Source: Candidatus Iainarchaeum sp. (GTDB lineage: Archaea > Iainarchaeota > Iainarchaeia > Iainarchaeales > UBA10191). Taken from it: a stretch of DNA of 35,388 nt. The DNA is taken from positions 1 to 35,388 of the forward strand of contig JAZDMJ010000029.1 in the NCBI GenBank assembly GCA_043801115.1, given 5' to 3'. The notes below the pieces were generated by a model. That model was given only the letters and a program-made list of their open reading frames with translations. It searched no databases and was not told the origin of the DNA. How positions within the stretch are numbered: position 1 is the first letter of the stretch; each line of letters opens with the position of its first letter. This document shows positions 34,314 to 35,388 of this stretch, one piece after another. The position numbers and the translations under genes are program-made.

Positions 34314-35276
34314 TTAATCGCTTAAGGCGAGCGAGCGAATTAATTCATCCAGAACTTTTCCGAACCCTTCCAGCGATTTCGCTTCGGCGAATTTTTTCCG
34401 CCACTCGGGCGCGCTGGAAAGCCCGCGCGGAAAACCGATCCAGTACTGCCGGCACGCGTTGTCCGAAAGTTCGAACTCTTCCGCAAGCTCCAAAAAGCGC
34501 TCTCCCTCTTCCTGCATCGCCCGCGCATCGCGGACGGGAATCTTTTGGCCCGCCAGCGCCGCGTTCGCCTGCTGAAAGAAAAACGCGTTTCCAATGCACG
34601 CGCGGCCGACCATTTCAAAATCGCACTTTGTTTCCTTTTTCATGCGGACAACGTCTTCGGGCGTCCAAATGTCCCCGTTTCCGATGACGGGAATTTTGAC
34701 GGCTTTTTTCAGCGCGGCGATTTTGGACCAGTCGGCTTTTCCCGAATATCCCTGCACGGCTTTTCGTGCGTGCAATGCGAGCGCAGAAGCGCCCGCCTTT
34801 TCCGCCGCGCGCCCTACTTGCAAAAAAGTTTCCTCTTTCAACCCCAAGCGCATTTTGATGGAAACGGGCTTTTTCGTTTCGCTTCGAATGGCCGAAATAA
34901 TTTCGGCAATTTTTTCCGGCTCCTGCATGAGCGAAGCGCCGTACTTTCCCCGCACGGCTTTTTTTACGGAACAACCGCAATTCACGTCATACAGCGCAAA
35001 GTCAAACGACGCTTCCAGTTTTTTCACCGCGTTCGCAAAGTCCGAAGGAAAATCGCCAAACAACTGGCAGCCCGCGGGCTTTTCCGCGTCCGCGATGCGC
35101 AGCATTTCAGAAGTTTTGCGGTTTTTCTGCAATACGGACTTGGCCGAAATGAGTTCCGTGTATGCGAGCCCCGCTCCGTACTCTCGGCACAGCACGCGAA
35201 AGGCGATGTTGGAAACGTCCGCCATGGGCGCGAGCAACACTTCGCTGTCGAGTTTCAGTTTTCCGATGGAAGACAT
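34314..35276 (-). CDS. dus: tRNA-dihydrouridine synthase (Dus, DusB-like)
   Basis: LAPMADV...FR, YTE, QLFG, DVNCGC, G.GASLM, SIKMRLG, LHAR, IPVIGNGDI, MVGRA. Confidence 0.93.
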   Translation of the reverse strand: MSSIGKLKLDSEVLLAPMADVSNIAFRVLCREYGAGLAYTELISAKSVLQKNRKTSEMLRIADAEKPAGCQLFGDFPSDFANAVKKLEASFDFALYDVNCGCSVKKAVRGKYGASLMQEPEKIAEIISAIRSETKKPVSIKMRLGLKEETFLQVGRAAEKAGASALALHARKAVQGYSGKADWSKIAALKKAVKIPVIGNGDIWTPEDVVRMKKETKCDFEMVGRACIGNAFFFQQANAALAGQKIPVRDARAMQEEGERFLELAEEFELSDNACRQYWIGFPRGLSSAPEWRKKFAEAKSLEGFGKVLDELIRSLALSD

Positions 35277-35327
35277 ATGCAGAAAGCCAAAGCAAGTATT
35301 TTAATCGGAAACCTGCCCAATTCGACC

Positions 35328-35388
35328 ATGAAACTCGTCTTCATCTATGGACCGCCTGCCGCTGGAAAACTCACCGTCGCGAAAGAGT
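35328..35388 (+). CDS. P-loop NTPase/kinase, 3'-truncated by window edge
   Basis: MKLVFIYGPPAAGKLTVAKE Walker A; TTTTAAT box ~28 nt upstream. Confidence 0.75.
   Translation, partial: MKLVFIYGPPAAGKLTVAKE

Overview
Archaeal chromosome segment. GatD/GatE, archaeal-type ProRS, an ATP-dependent DNA ligase, ZPR1, a BHB-type tRNA intron and TTTAAA boxes about 25-30 nt before start codons support an archaeon. Gene content suggests a DPANN lineage such as Iainarchaeota/Diapherotrites or Micrarchaeota (inference). The first ~3.5 kb is an accessory stretch, AT-rich after ~250: a NYN protein, a Cys-repeat lipoprotein, an Mrr-type nuclease with an in-frame TAA, and a membrane protein. The rest is mostly housekeeping and transport: an RNase H with HIII-like architecture, a MacB/FtsX ABC operon with a divergent membrane-bound regulator, TatD, a ComEC-like MBL protein, HemK, a DRG-like GTPase, ThrC, ProS, Lig (in-frame TAA), VapBC, type 1 Idi, TpiA, GatDE, an ABC-2 exporter, a LAGLIDADG protein, intron-containing tRNA-Lys(CTT) and Dus. 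The most striking unexplained signal is a 13-mer, GTAGTGCCTAACT, present as four exact co-oriented copies within 5 kb. Three lie inside unrelated genes on both strands. One lies between the TATA box and ATG of an unannotated 41-aa beta-sheet DNA-binding-like microprotein. Other highlights are a C/D-box-like sRNA candidate, D-x-N repeats shared across one envelope operon, a LIM-like half zinc-finger microprotein, and several proteins lacking catalytic or ligand residues. All calls come from reading the sequence by eye; no database searches were run.
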